Origin: Squalus acanthias
Lineage: Eukaryota
Length of the DNA: 64,000 nucleotides
Reading direction: 5' to 3'
NCBI GenBank assembly: GCA_030390025.1
Contig: CM059432.1
Location: 99,016,001-99,080,000, forward strand
The position numbers and the translations under genes are program-made. Shown piece after piece: positions 12,546 to 24,688 of the stretch (position 1 is the first letter of the stretch; each line of letters opens with the position of its first letter). The notes below the pieces were generated by a model. It had not been told where the DNA came from and ran no database searches. It saw nothing but the letters and a program-made list of their open reading frames with translations.

Positions 12546-13187
12546 GGAGTAGCGTTTAACCTCCAGTGGGTTTTGGGCAGGTGGGGGGAGGGGGCAGGAC
12601 AGGTGCAACACGCAATCACAGGCCTAGGTTTGAGGCCCAGGTTATTTAAACTCCCGGGCCTCACCTGAATGCAACCTGTCATTTGCCCACCTGAAACGGG
12701 TGGAAAGCGGCAGCAAGATGGTGGGAAGGAACGAAGGTTCAGGTGGCCAGAGGTTGCCAGCTGCCACCAGTGGAAGTCTCACCAGCAAGCAGATAAGTTA
12801 CGAGGGAGGGATTACGCGAGTAACTCACGAGAGGGAAGGAGGTAGTCTGGGGCAGGGGAGCCCAAGGCATACTCCTACTCTTCCTCACCCCAAAAGGAAA
12901 GTTTTAAACTTAGGTCGAAGAGACTCTTTGTTCTCCTGACAGCTGCCGTCTTGGATTCACCCGCCGGCAAAGTCGTGGCGGCTTCGCCACTCAGGTGAAA
13001 ATACAATCCTATTAATGTCATTGGACCCCCGACTTGCACTAATTCATGAAATAGCCACCTGAATCCACTGCGAAGCTAGTGGCAGAAAAATGAAAATGGA
13101 CGACAATGGAGTGGGAATTGGAGCTGCTTCATTTTAACAGCTCACCCGCTCCTTTCCCACAGAGCAAGGAGAGTTGAAATTACTGCC
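12546..13187. mobile_element. Probable decayed Harbinger-type MITE
   Basis: GC-rich island in AT-rich DNA with imperfect termini GGAGTAGCGTTTAAC / GTTGAAATTACTGCC. Confidence 0.5.
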
Positions 13188-13244
13188 TTTTGTTTGTTTT
13201 ATTAAGTTTTAGTGTTCAAATTGAAAATAATAGATTTTTACAGG

Positions 13245-13681
13245 GTATTTTTTAAATGGTGAGAGATTGGGAAATGTTGGTGTTCAGAGGGACCTGTGTG
13301 TCCTTGTACACGAATCACTGAAAGTTAACTTGCAGGTACAGCAAGCAATTAGGAAAGCAAATGGTATGTTGGCCTTTATTACAAGAGGATTTGAGTATAA
13401 GAGTAACGATGTCTTACTGCAATTATATAGGGCCCTGGTGAGACCACACCTGGAGTATTGTGTACAGTTTTGGTCTTCTTAGTTGCTTGCTGTATCTGCA
13501 AGTTAAATTTCAGTAATTCGTGTACAAGGACACCCAGGTCCCTCTGAACACCAACATTTCCCAATCTCTCACCATTTAAAAAATACTCTGATTTTTTATT
13601 TTTCCTACCAAAGTGGATAACTTCACATTTCTCCACATTATAGTCCATTTGCCATGTTCTCCACATTATATTCCATTTGCC
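13245..13681. mobile_element. Two CR1 RT fragments in fold-back (inverted) arrangement
   Basis: 13245-13350 is the near reverse complement of 13481-13586. Both encode LGNVGVQRDLxVLVHE. Confidence 0.85.
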
Positions 13682-16200
13682 AGAGAGGAGGAGGGAGAGG
13701 AGGAGGGAGAGGAGGAGGAGGAGGAAGAGGACAAGGAGGAAGGGAGGAGGCAGGCAGCAAATCCCCCTTCCGGACAGGCAGTCCGTGAATGCCTCATCAG
13801 ACTCCGATTCGAGTGAATGAAACCCCAGTTCCCCGTTGTTCACCACATCCCCATCATACTATTCCTCTGTCACAGAACATTACAGCGTCCTCCTGAGCAC
13901 AAAGCTGAAATAAAAGTCACCACGAAACAAAAATTCCAAACAAAATTAATACATTTACCAGTATTCAATTAACATTACAACATGAACTAATCACCCTTGC
14001 GCAATCCCTTAGCACCTGTCGTTCGTGTGGCTTTTCCTACTTTAGTGCTCCTACGCAGTGCTCTCCCAGTGGCTGCGGCCTGGCTGGTGGAAGGCTGCTG
14101 AGTTTCAGTCGAGGAGAAGACCTTGCAGGACGACCTCAAGCAGCTCTAGACCTAGGCCTGGCTGCAGACTGCACCACCTCAGCATGGGCGGCAACAATCT
14201 GGGCTGGCTGGATGACAGGCAGCGACAAGGGCAATGGCGGAGTGGCAGTGGGGGGAACAGAAATGCTGTCATCCTGAAAGAGGACAGCAGGCTCCTGCTC
14301 CACAGACCCACTGCCACTCCCCAACGTGGCACCTCAGCATTCCTAGAAATCTGTTGGAGCACAGATTGCTGGCCTGCTGCGATACCCTGCAAGCCCTGAT
14401 TGACAGTGGTAAACCAAGCCATGATGGCAACAGTCTGAGCTTGGGTGCTCGCAAGCTGAGCCTGCAGAAGAGCAGTCTGTGCTTCTGATGCAGCACTGAG
14501 ACGTTGGGTCGCTTCTGCCTGTGCTTCAATGGAAGCCGCCACATCGTCCATCACACGCAGCATCATGTCTTGCTCCACAAGGTCTCTCCTGGAGTTGTCC
14601 ATCATTTCCAGCCTGGAAATCATGGGCTCCAAGCTCTGCGCAAAGCCCCGGCCAATGTTGGAGGTGGACTCCTCCATGCTTCTTGATATTGCCAAGAGGC
14701 TCTCTGACAGGCTTGCCATTGCACCAAGCATTTTGGTGTGTATGGCCATCACCCTTCTTCTGAAGGCCACCCCATCGAGGTCATCATATGAGTCATGTGA
14801 AGCAGAACTCGCACACAAACTCGCCCTCTAGGGAGCTGGCCCCTGAGCTACCCTATCCCCTGGCCTGGCTGCAGCCCACTTGTGCCCGGTGCCTCACCAT
14901 GTGCAGATCTTGCATCTATACTGTCCGCTAAAGTCCGCGCAATGCCAATTTCTGAGCTGATGTCTGCGAGTGTCAGATGCAGTGACAGTGTGCCTTCTTC
15001 TTCTTCTCCTCCACTCTCCTCCATTACTTCGGGGTTAGGCCGGCCTGCTCGTAGTTCTTGGTTATCTGAAAGCGGAAAGGCACAAGAGTCAGGCTATGGT
15101 GAGGGGAGGGGGGGAAGCAAGATATCCAGGCATACACCATCAGCAGCTCGTAACTGAGAAGAGATTGTGGGATGAGGAGGAAGTGGGATGCGAGAAGAAG
15201 GAATAGAAATGAGCATACCATTATTATCAGCAAGTGCTTCAACTTTGCCCGTTGCCATGGCCTCGGTGACTTCCCCTCCATTGATGTCGAGCACCGACTC
15301 CTCCAGTTGGTTCAAGGTATGTAAAGCAGATTGGCTGCCTCCCATCTGCCGCTGGTCCCGGCGGTTGTGAGTCACCTTGGCCTGCAAGAGAAAGGGAAGT
15401 GTTTCAGTAAGTGTAATGCAATGTGTTTGGTGATGTGCCTGCCATAGTTGAATAGCTGTCAGCGTGTGCAAGGTATGAGATGTGGGTGTGACTGTTGTAG
15501 CAGTGGTAAGGTTGTGTGGGTGAAGTGAAGCTATGTTTGTGATGTATGAGTGATGATAGGTAGAGCTTGTTGGTAGGTGAGTGATGGGGGTGTGGTGCAT
15601 TGAGCAGTGTGTGATGCTTGTGGTGAAGATGGTGGGATATGGCATTTGCTGAAGCCTTCACTCACCTTGACCTGCCGTGTGAGGTCAGTAAGCTTCTTTC
15701 GGCACGGTATCAAGGCCCATGGCACCGACACTGTTGGCCGTGACGTAGGTAGCTATCTCTTGCCAGAGCCTTCTGCAAGTTGGCTTTGATAGGTTCCTGC
15801 CACCCTGCGGGAATAGGACCCACCTTCTCTCCACTACCATGACCTGGGCCTCGAGGGTAGCACCGAAAACTTTCTGGCTCTTTCTCTGTGTTGTTGCTGT
15901 GCCATGGCTTAAGTCTGCAATGACAATGAGATGCTGCTACATCAAAGCACCTCCCCTTTAAGTAGTGGAGGGAGACAAAGCTAAACATTACTGGCCATTA
16001 GACTGTACCCAATATTGGGCCACCTGTTGAGTGCTAAGCCACTCAGCAGTGCGTTTGGCGCTGAGATCAGTACTCCAATCATTATAATGAGTAGTCAGCA
16101 CGAGTTTTGGTGTGCTGCCTGGACCACTTTCAACAGGTGCAGACAAATAGCACTCGGCTTTGACACCGCCCATTTTCAGGCCTAATCCAATTTCTAGGCC
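13682..16200. mobile_element. Harbinger copy B, left-truncated
   Basis: Acidic transposase C-terminus on + (13682-13816, ...RECLIRLRFE*), Myb-like gene on -, terminus CCAATTTCTAGGCC at 16200. Confidence 0.85.
14000..15905 (-). pseudogene. Myb/SANT-like gene of Harbinger B (3 exons, frameshifted)
   Basis: Exon 1 15905-15666 (MAQQQHRERARKFS...RRLWQEIA...CRKKLTDLTRQVK|GTGAGT). Exon 2 15381-15219 (AKVTHNRRDQRQMGG...|GTATGC). Exon 3 from 15065. The 3' end is approximate. Confidence 0.8.
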
Positions 16201-16445
16201 ATCTTCTCTACATCTACCTATCAAACTCCTTCATATTTTAAAGACCTCTATTAGGCGTCCCTTCATCCATCTCTTTTCAAGAGAAAAGAGTTCAAGCCTG
16301 TTCAATCTTTCCTGATATTTATAACCTCTCAGTTCTGGTATCATCCTTGTAAATCATTTTTGCACCTTCTCTAGTGCCTCTATATTCTTTTTGTAATATG
16401 GAGACTAGAACTGTGCACAGTACTTCAAGTGTGGTCTAACCAAGC
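16201..16445 (-). mobile_element. CR1 3' RT fragment
   Basis: Similar to 11230-11400 (RPHLKYCAQF). Confidence 0.75.
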
Positions 16446-17540
16446 CAGTTGTATACGCGGGGAGCAATTGTGCTGTAGAGCGTACATCGGGCAGGTGGTG
16501 GGTCAATCACCTCTTCCTGAATATTGACATACTTTCTTTTTAATCTTCCTTATCAAGACTTTCAACCCCGTATCGTCTGTAATCGGGCCTTGGTGCTCGT
16601 AGTCTGGGTCTTTACTAAACCTTTTCACGGGGGCGTATGGTCTATAAGGAACTACAACTTGCTGTAATTAATTGCTAACTACGGTGAGAGGAAAACCTTT
16701 TGCTTTGACAGGAACCATATCAACAGAATTGTTTATCAATTAGGAAAGTTTGCCAAGGTCAAATGGTCACTACAAGCTGGAAATGTTTTTCTTTAATTGC
16801 TTCCTTTGGCACGTATTTATTTATTCACTCGATATGACCTGGCTTTTGAGCATTAGAATTTTAAACCCTGTAACAGCATCTGTCCATAAGAACCTCTGAA
16901 TATACAAAAGTGGAATTTTAACCCTATCCTACTGTATAGGATTTGATCTTTTTAAAAGACATTTTTAATATGATAAAATGTTATATAAATGCAAGTCTTA
17001 TTACATCCTAGTATATATTCCATGGCAGCGAGTACTACTTTAAAAAACAAATTGAGGAATGTGACAATTTAAATACTAGTGTTTGAATTGTTTGCTTCTC
17101 TGTGAGACCTTTCCTGTATTATGGCTATGTTTGTTTTTTGAATCAATTTAAAAAAGCCTGTTTGATTTTTTTTGTGCCAGACCACTCTGCAAAATCAACG
17201 CATGCTGCGCCAAACACAGACTTTCAATCATATAGTTTGATAGCTTATTCATTCTGGAGAGGCTTGCTTTCTCTCATTAATCGCCAACCTCTAATGCATA
17301 AACATACAATTTTGAAACATGTGACCCCTATCAAATGAGATTTAGTATGTACAACATACAAGATCAGCCAATCACGAGGCACTTATAATAATAAGCTTTT
17401 ACCACTTCTGAAGCTAAGGAGCTTCTTAACCAGTGTAAAGCTCCCACATTTGGTTAATGCAGCTGCGGAGTGTGAAATTGCAGGAGAGAATGTCTGAATG
17501 CCATTATAGTGATGAAGCTGTCCAACTCCAATGGACACTG

Positions 17541-17617
17541 TGGGGATAATTTTTACAACTCCGCACTATGGTTCAGTGAGTCTTGTCACTGACAGCGTGG
17601 ACTCGTAAAATTATCCC
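17541..17617. repeat. 77-bp hairpin micro-MITE
   Basis: GGGATAATTTT...AAAATTATCCC terminal inverted repeat. Confidence 0.55.
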
Positions 17618-17689
17618 TCATTGTGGAGCACAGAAGGACATTCATGATGGGTGAGAAGACCAAAAGTAGAGAATGAGATATGTATGGGA

Positions 17690-18510
17690 GTATATGAGGT
17701 TACAGATTGTGATGAAATACAATTCTGCTGCTGCTGATGGCCCACAGCGCCTCATGAAGGCCCAGTTTTGAGCTGCGGGATCTGTTCTGAATCTATTTGA
17801 TTTGGCACAGTGGTAGTGCCACACAACACGATGGAGGGTGTCCTCAGTGTGAAGACGGGACTTTTTCTCCACAAGGACTGTGCAGTGGTCACTTCTACCA
17901 ATACTGTCATGGACAGATGCATCTGCGACAGGTAGATTGGTGAGAATGAGGTCAAGTAGGTGTTTCCCTCATGTTGGTTCTCTCACCACCTGTCGCAGGC
18001 CCAGACTGGCAGCTATGTCCTTCAGAACTCGGCCAGCTCGGTCAGTAGTGGTGCTACTGAGCCACTCTTGGTGATGGACATTGAAGCCCCCATCCAAAGT
18101 ACATTCTGTGCCCTTGCTAACCTCAGTGCTTCTTCCAAGTGGTGTTCAACATGGAGGAGTACTGATTCATCAGCTGAGGGAGGGAGGTAGGTGGTAATCA
18201 GCAGGAGGTTCCCTTGCCCATGCTTGACCTGAAGCCATGAGACTTCATGGGGTCCGGAGTCAATGTTGAGGACTCCCAGGGCCATGCTCACCCAACTGTA
18301 TACCACTGTGCCACCACCCCTGGTGGGTCTATCCTGCCTGTGGGACAGAACATACCCAGGGATGGTGATGGAGCTCCCCCAATTTTGGCAAAAGTCCCCA
18401 GATGTTAGTGAGGAAGATTTTGCAGGGTCGACTGGGCTGGGTGCACCTTTGTCATGTCCGAAGCCAGTGTCTAGGTCAATGCCGAGTGGTCCATCCGGTT
18501 TTATGCTTAT
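17690..18510 (-). mobile_element. LINE-B endonuclease (APE) region fragment
   Basis: IPGYVLSHRQDRPTRGGG, EVSWLQV, TTYLPPS: APE domain of a CR1-group ORF2. Confidence 0.8.
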
Positions 18511-19594
18511 TATTATGCTCCCACATGCATCAGTGGAGATGGTAATGAATGGCAAATAGCAAAGGCACGGCTGGAGTAGCACGGATGAGGCTGCTGTCTC
18601 TCAGGGTGATACCACATTCAGCTCATCCAGTCCAATGTTCAAATGACAGAAGATGTACCAGGAAATGAGTTGCCAAAATGTCAGCCATGACAGAAAGAGA
18701 TGTAGGGCCATCTCATGACCCAGTATAAGGAGGTACAAGACCACTTCAAACCCAATAGGCTGCTATTAACACCCAGTAGCCAACGATCTCACCTATTCAT
18801 GTCACTGAAGAAATGGATAGAAGGAGCACTAGGTTAACTTCTAGAGCCACACATCACCAATAGACCATTAAAAGACATACACCAAGAATTTCCTCAGGAA
18901 ATTTCCAGATTGACCATTCACGCGGTGTATCCAAGGTTGCCGCTGAAATTACGGCAGCTGATTGGGAGAAAGCCCGAGAAAAGTCCTGGTGACAATATCA
19001 ACTAGAGGGAGCACTCGAGTAAAACATACAAGTCACATAAACAATCACTTTTAGGACAATACATTTGGTTGCACTCTATTTCAACTTTGCCCAGAGAGTT
19101 TTCTTTTGATGATGCGGAATAAGGTAGAAACACATCAAAAGATGAACATCCATGGTAATTGAGGTAGTGCAGAGGTCAATGTTGGTGAAGGTGAACTAGA
19201 TCATTACATAGTGCACATGGGCACGTGACAGTTAGTGAATTGGATGGTTAAAGCACTTAGATGAAAGCCTTGCTGTGAGATCTTGGTGCACTACTTCTGC
19301 TAACTGCAAAGGTGTTTCATCGGGGATATCTTCCAGATCATTGTCCGTATCCTTCTTTAACCCAACCTATAGTTGGGCCACTTCCTCCAGCTATCGGCAC
19401 AGGTATAATGAGCTAAATTAATTTCTTCTGTTCTGCAAATTTCTTTAATTCTATGATGTATGGTTCAGCCTCTTTGGGTAACAAAGTCAGGTAACATGCA
19501 GCAGACAATGATGTTCTTGAAAATCCTGGGTGGGGACTGCTATACTGTGATATGCCCACCTAATTTGTGCAGGCATCAGAAGCTTTGCTATAGT

Positions 19595-20845
19595 ATGCTC
19601 AAGACTTGTGCTCCAGAACTAGCTGCACCTCTAGCTAAGCTGTTCCAGTACAGCTACAACACTGGCATCTACCCGACAATCTGGAAAACTGCCCAGGTAT
19701 GTCCTGTCCACAAAAAGCAGGACAAATCCAATCCGGCCAATTACTGCCCTATCAGCCTACTCGCAATCATCAGCAAAGTGATGGAAGGTGTCACCGACAG
19801 TGGTATCAAGTGGCACTTACTTACCAATAACCTGCTCACTGATGCTCAGTTTGGGTTCTGCCAGGACCACTCAGCTACAGGAGTTCCTCAGGGCAGTGTC
19901 CTAGGCCCAACCATCTTCAGCTGCTTCATCAATGACCTTCCCTCCATCATAAGTCAGAAGTGGGGATGTTCGCTGATGATTGCACAGTGTTCAGTTCCAT
20001 TCGCAACTCCTCAGATAATGAAACACTTCATGCCCGAATGCAGCAAGACCTGGACAACGTTTAGGTTTGGGCTGATAAGTGGCAAGTAACATTCGCGCAA
20101 CAAAAGTGCCAGGCAATGACTATCTCCAACAAGCGAGAGTCTAATCACCGCCCCTTGACATTCAACGGCATTACCATCGCTGAATCCCCCACCATCAACA
20201 TCCTGGGGGTCACCGTTGAACAGAAACTTAACTGGACCAGCCACATAAATACTGTGGCTACAAGAGTAGGTCAGAGGCTGGTTATTCTGCGACGAGTGTC
20301 TCACCGCCTGACTCCCCAAAGCCTTTCCACCATCTACAAGGCACAAGTCAGGAGTGTGATGGAATAATCTCCACTTGCCTGGATGAGTGCTGCTCCAACA
20401 ACACTCAACAAGCTCGGCACCATCCAGGACAAAGCAGCCCGCTTGATTGGCACCCCATCCACCATCTACCGTGGCTGCAGTGTGTACCATCTACAAGATG
20501 CACTGCAGCAACTCGCCAAGGCTTCTTCGGCAGCACCTCCCAAACCCGCGACCTCAACCACCTAGAAGGACAAGGGCAGCAGGCGCATGGGATCACCACC
20601 ACCTCCACGTTCCCCTCCAAGTTACACACTATCCTGACTTGGAAATATATCACCGTTCCTTCATTGTCGCTGGGTCAAAATCCTGGAACTCCCTCCCTAA
20701 CAGCACTGTGGGAGTACATTCACCACAAGGACTGCAGTGGTTTAAGAAGGCGGCTCACCACCACCTTATCAAGGGCAATTAGGGATGGGCAATAAATGCT
20801 GGCCTTGCCAGCAATGCCCACATCCCAGGAATGAATTAAAAAAAT
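19595..20845 (+). mobile_element. LINE-B RT and 3' end, internally deleted
   Basis: [34 protein letters not shown] and a 3' end with AATAAA and A-tail. Confidence 0.88.
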
Positions 20846-21004
20846 AGTGATCCTGGTGGTTGCATGGGTCCTGTTGCATTTTCATCACCTGGCTGTTGCA
20901 AGAGTATGATTGCCAGGGTTACAGAGCACAGCCATTGTCTTCCAGATACCATCCTTCTAGCCTGACTTTTCCTTAAGATAATCCAGGCACAGAAAATTGC
21001 CTTA

Positions 21005-21680
21005 AATAAATGAATCATGATTGATGTCTGGTGAGTGAACCTTCATCTTCATGATCCTGTGTTGCTGATCACTGATCACTTGGACATTGATGGAGTGGAA
21101 TCCCTTGAAGTTCACAAACACCATTGCATGGTGTATAAGGGCCAGGATAAGCCATGGGTGCCTTTAATAATGCTCTGGACACTGGGAATTGTACACTACA
21201 CAAAGATTACAGTGCTGTCTAATTCTACTGCTTGCTTTCATGTGCAAAGTGATGAAGGTGTTTACCCTAATGAACAACACATCAGTTACTGACCAATTCT
21301 GAGGAAGGGTTCGACCCGAAAAGTTGTCTCTGTTTCTCTTCTCTTTGATGCTGCCTGACCTGCTGAGTGTTTCCAGCACTTTCTGTTGTTACATCAGTTA
21401 TTTGCTTGGCGCATCTGTGCACTGTGGATTGATCAAGTTTGCATTTGTGCCCTGAGGTAGCTTGGAAGGAGCCAAAGGCATAGAAGTTCACCACTGTGGC
21501 CAACTCCATAGTCATCCAGCAATACTGGCCCTGTTGTTGACATTTTATACAGGTTAGATTTCAGCAGATAGTATCAGTCACTGCCTCCTGGGTGAATGAA
21601 GCCTGTAAATGCAGCTACTCTACAACATTCCTAAGTAAGTGCGCCTGAGTCTGCACATATGGTTGCCTGGTAAAAGGCGG
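21005..21680 (-). pseudogene. Decayed Harbinger transposase fragment (N-terminal to middle)
   Basis: VVNFYAFGSFQ...QSTVHRCAKQITDV and KGFHSINVQV on -. Split by the 102-bp insertion at 21289-21390. Confidence 0.75.
21289..21390 (+). mobile_element. 102-bp Penelope-derived hammerhead-containing retro-insertion
   Basis: 10-bp TSD ACATCAGTTA (21279-21288, 21391-21400). Contains CTGAGGA-A-GGGT-TCG-ACCC-GAAA and GATGCTGCCTGACCTGCTGAG. Confidence 0.8.
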
Positions 21681-21880
21681 GCACAGACGATGCACATCTG
21701 GTGCAAGCCAATCTTCAAAAAGCTCAAATAGAGAACGCCACTGAGTCCAATTTAAGAGTTTTAATTGGAAAAATGAAAAATCCAGCAATACACCTTTAAG
21801 TGCCCACTTCCTGAAAGCATGTCTGCCCCACGAAAAAACATTGGGAAATCAGCTAAATTCTTTCTACTTTTTAATAATCA

Positions 21881-22300
21881 AGGGGTGAAATTGGACCTCA
21901 TTGTGCCCGTTTTCCAGATGAAAAATGGATGCAAAGAGATACAATTTAGGGGCCTATCCCTAACAGCGGCAAAACGCGTCCAATACCATATTGTTTCAGG
22001 TTCTCTCAAAGCGTCCCTGACAGACACCTAAAGCAGGCATTCGGCACCTTGAATATGCTAACAAGGGGCCTACCGGCTGCTTTCGGACCCAAACCAGAAA
22101 TTGATTTACCCTGAACGCAGCAAGAGTGCACATTTGACATATCCAACGGCCCTTAAAAAGGACCACATGGGGAACAACAGCCTTCCACCAGCTTTGAGGA
22201 GGCCACAACAGGAGCATCTCATAGGAGCAGTAGACTTATTAAAACCTATTTCAAGAAAAGCACATGTGTTGATCACTTGGATAAGAAAGTAATAGAAGAC
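21881..22300. mobile_element. Left end of a Harbinger-type element (approximate extent)
   Basis: Begins GGGGTGAAATTGG. Internal motifs are shared with 23960-24260 (GGGGCCTA...CTGAACGCAGC...CCTTAAA). Confidence 0.45.
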
Positions 22301-23029
22301 AATTATTATATTTGCCATTAAACACCTGAAGTGTAGTTTAATAGTAGGTTCTGCATCTGAATTGTCAGTACATCATTGACATAGATATTGTCTGAATGTA
22401 AAACAATGCTGGTTTAAGGAAGTGGTGAAGGATGTATCAAAGACTTTAGCAGAGGGGTTCTGTGTAAGTTCTCAGGGCAGAGGTATGAGCAGCTCATCGG
22501 AATCGCTGAGCTATGAGCTGATCCCTCACACCTCTTGCTACATGGCTCTGAGCTGGCCCTCCTTCTTCTGCAGCTTCCTTGCCTTTCCCCTGGTCTTTCT
22601 TGTCTGATGAGGACTGCTTCTGCTGCTGCTTCTCTGTCTCCTCCAAATGCAGGCCACTCTGAAATGCGAGTTTATACAACATGCAGCATGCCACAAATAT
22701 GCGGTAGACTCTCTTTGTGGCAGAATGTAGTGAGCTCCCCGACTGGTCAATGCACCTGAATTTCTGCTTCAGCATCCCCATAGCGTGTTCCATAATGACC
22801 CTAGCAGTCCCCTGGCTTCTATTATGTCTGTGCTGCTTGGGCATGGTGGGGTTGTGCAGGGGTCTCATTAGCCACATCTGTAGTGGGTATCACATGCTCC
22901 CCCCTCACAGCCATCATAGCTGGCAGCTGTCCTTCATTCTACCAGTAGATTTCACACTTCATTCAGCCTTAATCTGTCACATTAACACCACCTCTAGCCT
23001 TGCATATCTCTTAATGTCTCTTAATGTCT

Positions 23030-23248
23030 CTTCATCTCCTCCTTTGTTCCTTTATCCCCTCCCCCTTTTCCCAGCTTTACCCTGGCCTTAAATCTATTTG
23101 ATTTCCAGCTCTTCCCAGTTCTGATGAAAGGTCATCGACCTGAAACGTCAACTCTCTTTCTCTCTCCACGGATGCTGCCTGGCCTGCTGAGTTTTTCCAG
23201 CGTTTTCTGTTGTTATTTCGGATTTCCAGCATCTGCAGTATTTTGCTA
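23030..23248 (+). mobile_element. Penelope-like element terminal fragment
   Basis: Pyrimidine-rich tract, hammerhead core, then GATGCTGCCTGGCCTGCTGAG...TTCCAGCATCTGCAGT. Related pieces lie at 21289, 23420-23515 (-) and 34280-34346 (-). Confidence 0.7.
23117..23153 (+). ncRNA. Minimal type I hammerhead ribozyme motif (Penelope-type)
   Basis: Stem I AGTT/AACT, core CTGATGA, stem II AGGTC-ATC-GACCT, GAAA, then CGTC. Confidence 0.7.
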
Positions 23249-23959
23249 TCGCATCATATTACCATCCTGACAGAGTCCAATATTGAGGGGTAGGAAACTG
23301 TCTCTGCAAAAATGCATCACGGCAGCTCCCTGGCTACCATGCACAGACCTGTATGATGGTGTACCTGTGATCGGCTAAAATCGGGGCTAAAAAAAATGTG
23401 TCAATGCTGGATAACTGAATTAAAACAGAAAATACTGGAAACACACAGAAGGTCAGTCTGCATCTGAAAGAGAAGGATGCAATAATGTTTCAAATGGAAA
23501 GCTACATTAGAACTAATCTTAATAAAATTAAATATAAAAGTATTCTCAGACAGGCATCAGAAAGGGAATTAGAACAGCAAAAAATGAGTTAATTGTTCTT
23601 TAAATATTGCCCCTCAGCTTGCTATGACTGGCCAATGTAATGTCCAATACACAGCAGCTCCAGAGAAAGAGTTGGAGTGTCACCAGAGTTTGAGGAATCC
23701 TGGCCATGTCACTTTCAGTTTGCTTGAGGTGGGATGACAGAGATCATAGATTGCTCAAGATTCAATACTTTTTGGAAACCTAGATAAGTATTGGACTGAT
23801 GATTTTTTTAAGCTGTACAGAATTCCTGTTAATCCTGAGCCTGTGTAATGCAATTTGATACAAGATGGCCCAAGCTATTATCAAACCTGTTTTTATACTG
23901 TAAAAAAGGCCATTTCAATTCAGTTCATGCATTAAGTTAGATGTTCTGGTACACACCCT

Positions 23960-24688
23960 GGCCTAGAAATTCATTGACGCCTTCTTGTTTTACAGGTGCA
24001 CAATGGGCACCTCAGCATCCAATATGGTGGGCAGCGGGCAGAAAGAGTAAAGGCTGAAGTATAGGGGTCCAGAGCTTGTGCCTGACACAGGCACTAATTC
24101 TTTTGCAAATACAAGTAGGGGGCCTATCACCTGTTTCAGGACCGCTTCCTGAAATTGTGTTGCTCTGAACGCAGCCAGCACTGAGCCCATTGCCTTCAAG
24201 ATAACCAAGTCCTAACTGACAATCCTTAAAGGGACCGCTGAAGGCAGCTTCAAAAAGGTACATTTTTTAAAAACTATTTACCTGATTGTGGAGCCAGGAG
24301 GGGCAGAAGTGCTCCTCCTGGCTCCACAACAGTCCCGAAGACCGTTGTCGGTCCCCACTCAGCTCTCTCCCGATCATCTCTCTCACTTCTCATTGCCTCC
24401 ACCCCTCTTGATTGCTTCCCCCTCCTCCTAATCATCTCCCCCACCATCCCCAAGAAATTACCTGAGGGCTGCTGCCGGCGGTGCAGTGGCCTGAAATTTA
24501 AATCGGCTTCACCAGTGAGCTGCCTGGGGAGGCTCAGCAGGCATCTGCAGCTCACCAGTCTAATTTAAATGAGGCCCAAGGCCCAATATCCCACTATCGA
24601 GTGTGACTCAGGCCTACCTGTTCTGGCGCAGTGATCGTTCTCTGCGTCCAGTTCGCTCCAGCGGGCCAAAGCTATCCAATTTCACCCC
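23960..24688. mobile_element. Harbinger-type MITE
   Basis: Ends GGCCTAGAAATT / AATTTCACCCC with a GC-rich interior. Confidence 0.6.

Larger units (their letters stand above)
22494..23375 (-). pseudogene. Second decayed Harbinger transposase fragment (middle to C-terminal)
   Basis: WLMRPLHNP...IMEHAMGMLKQKFRCID...VACCMLYK and PGSCRDAF near 23330. Interrupted by the Penelope fragment. Confidence 0.75.

Noticed and set aside
17140..17400. Possible conserved non-coding element or CCAAT promoter
   Set aside because: Isolated short motifs only. It needs cross-species alignment.
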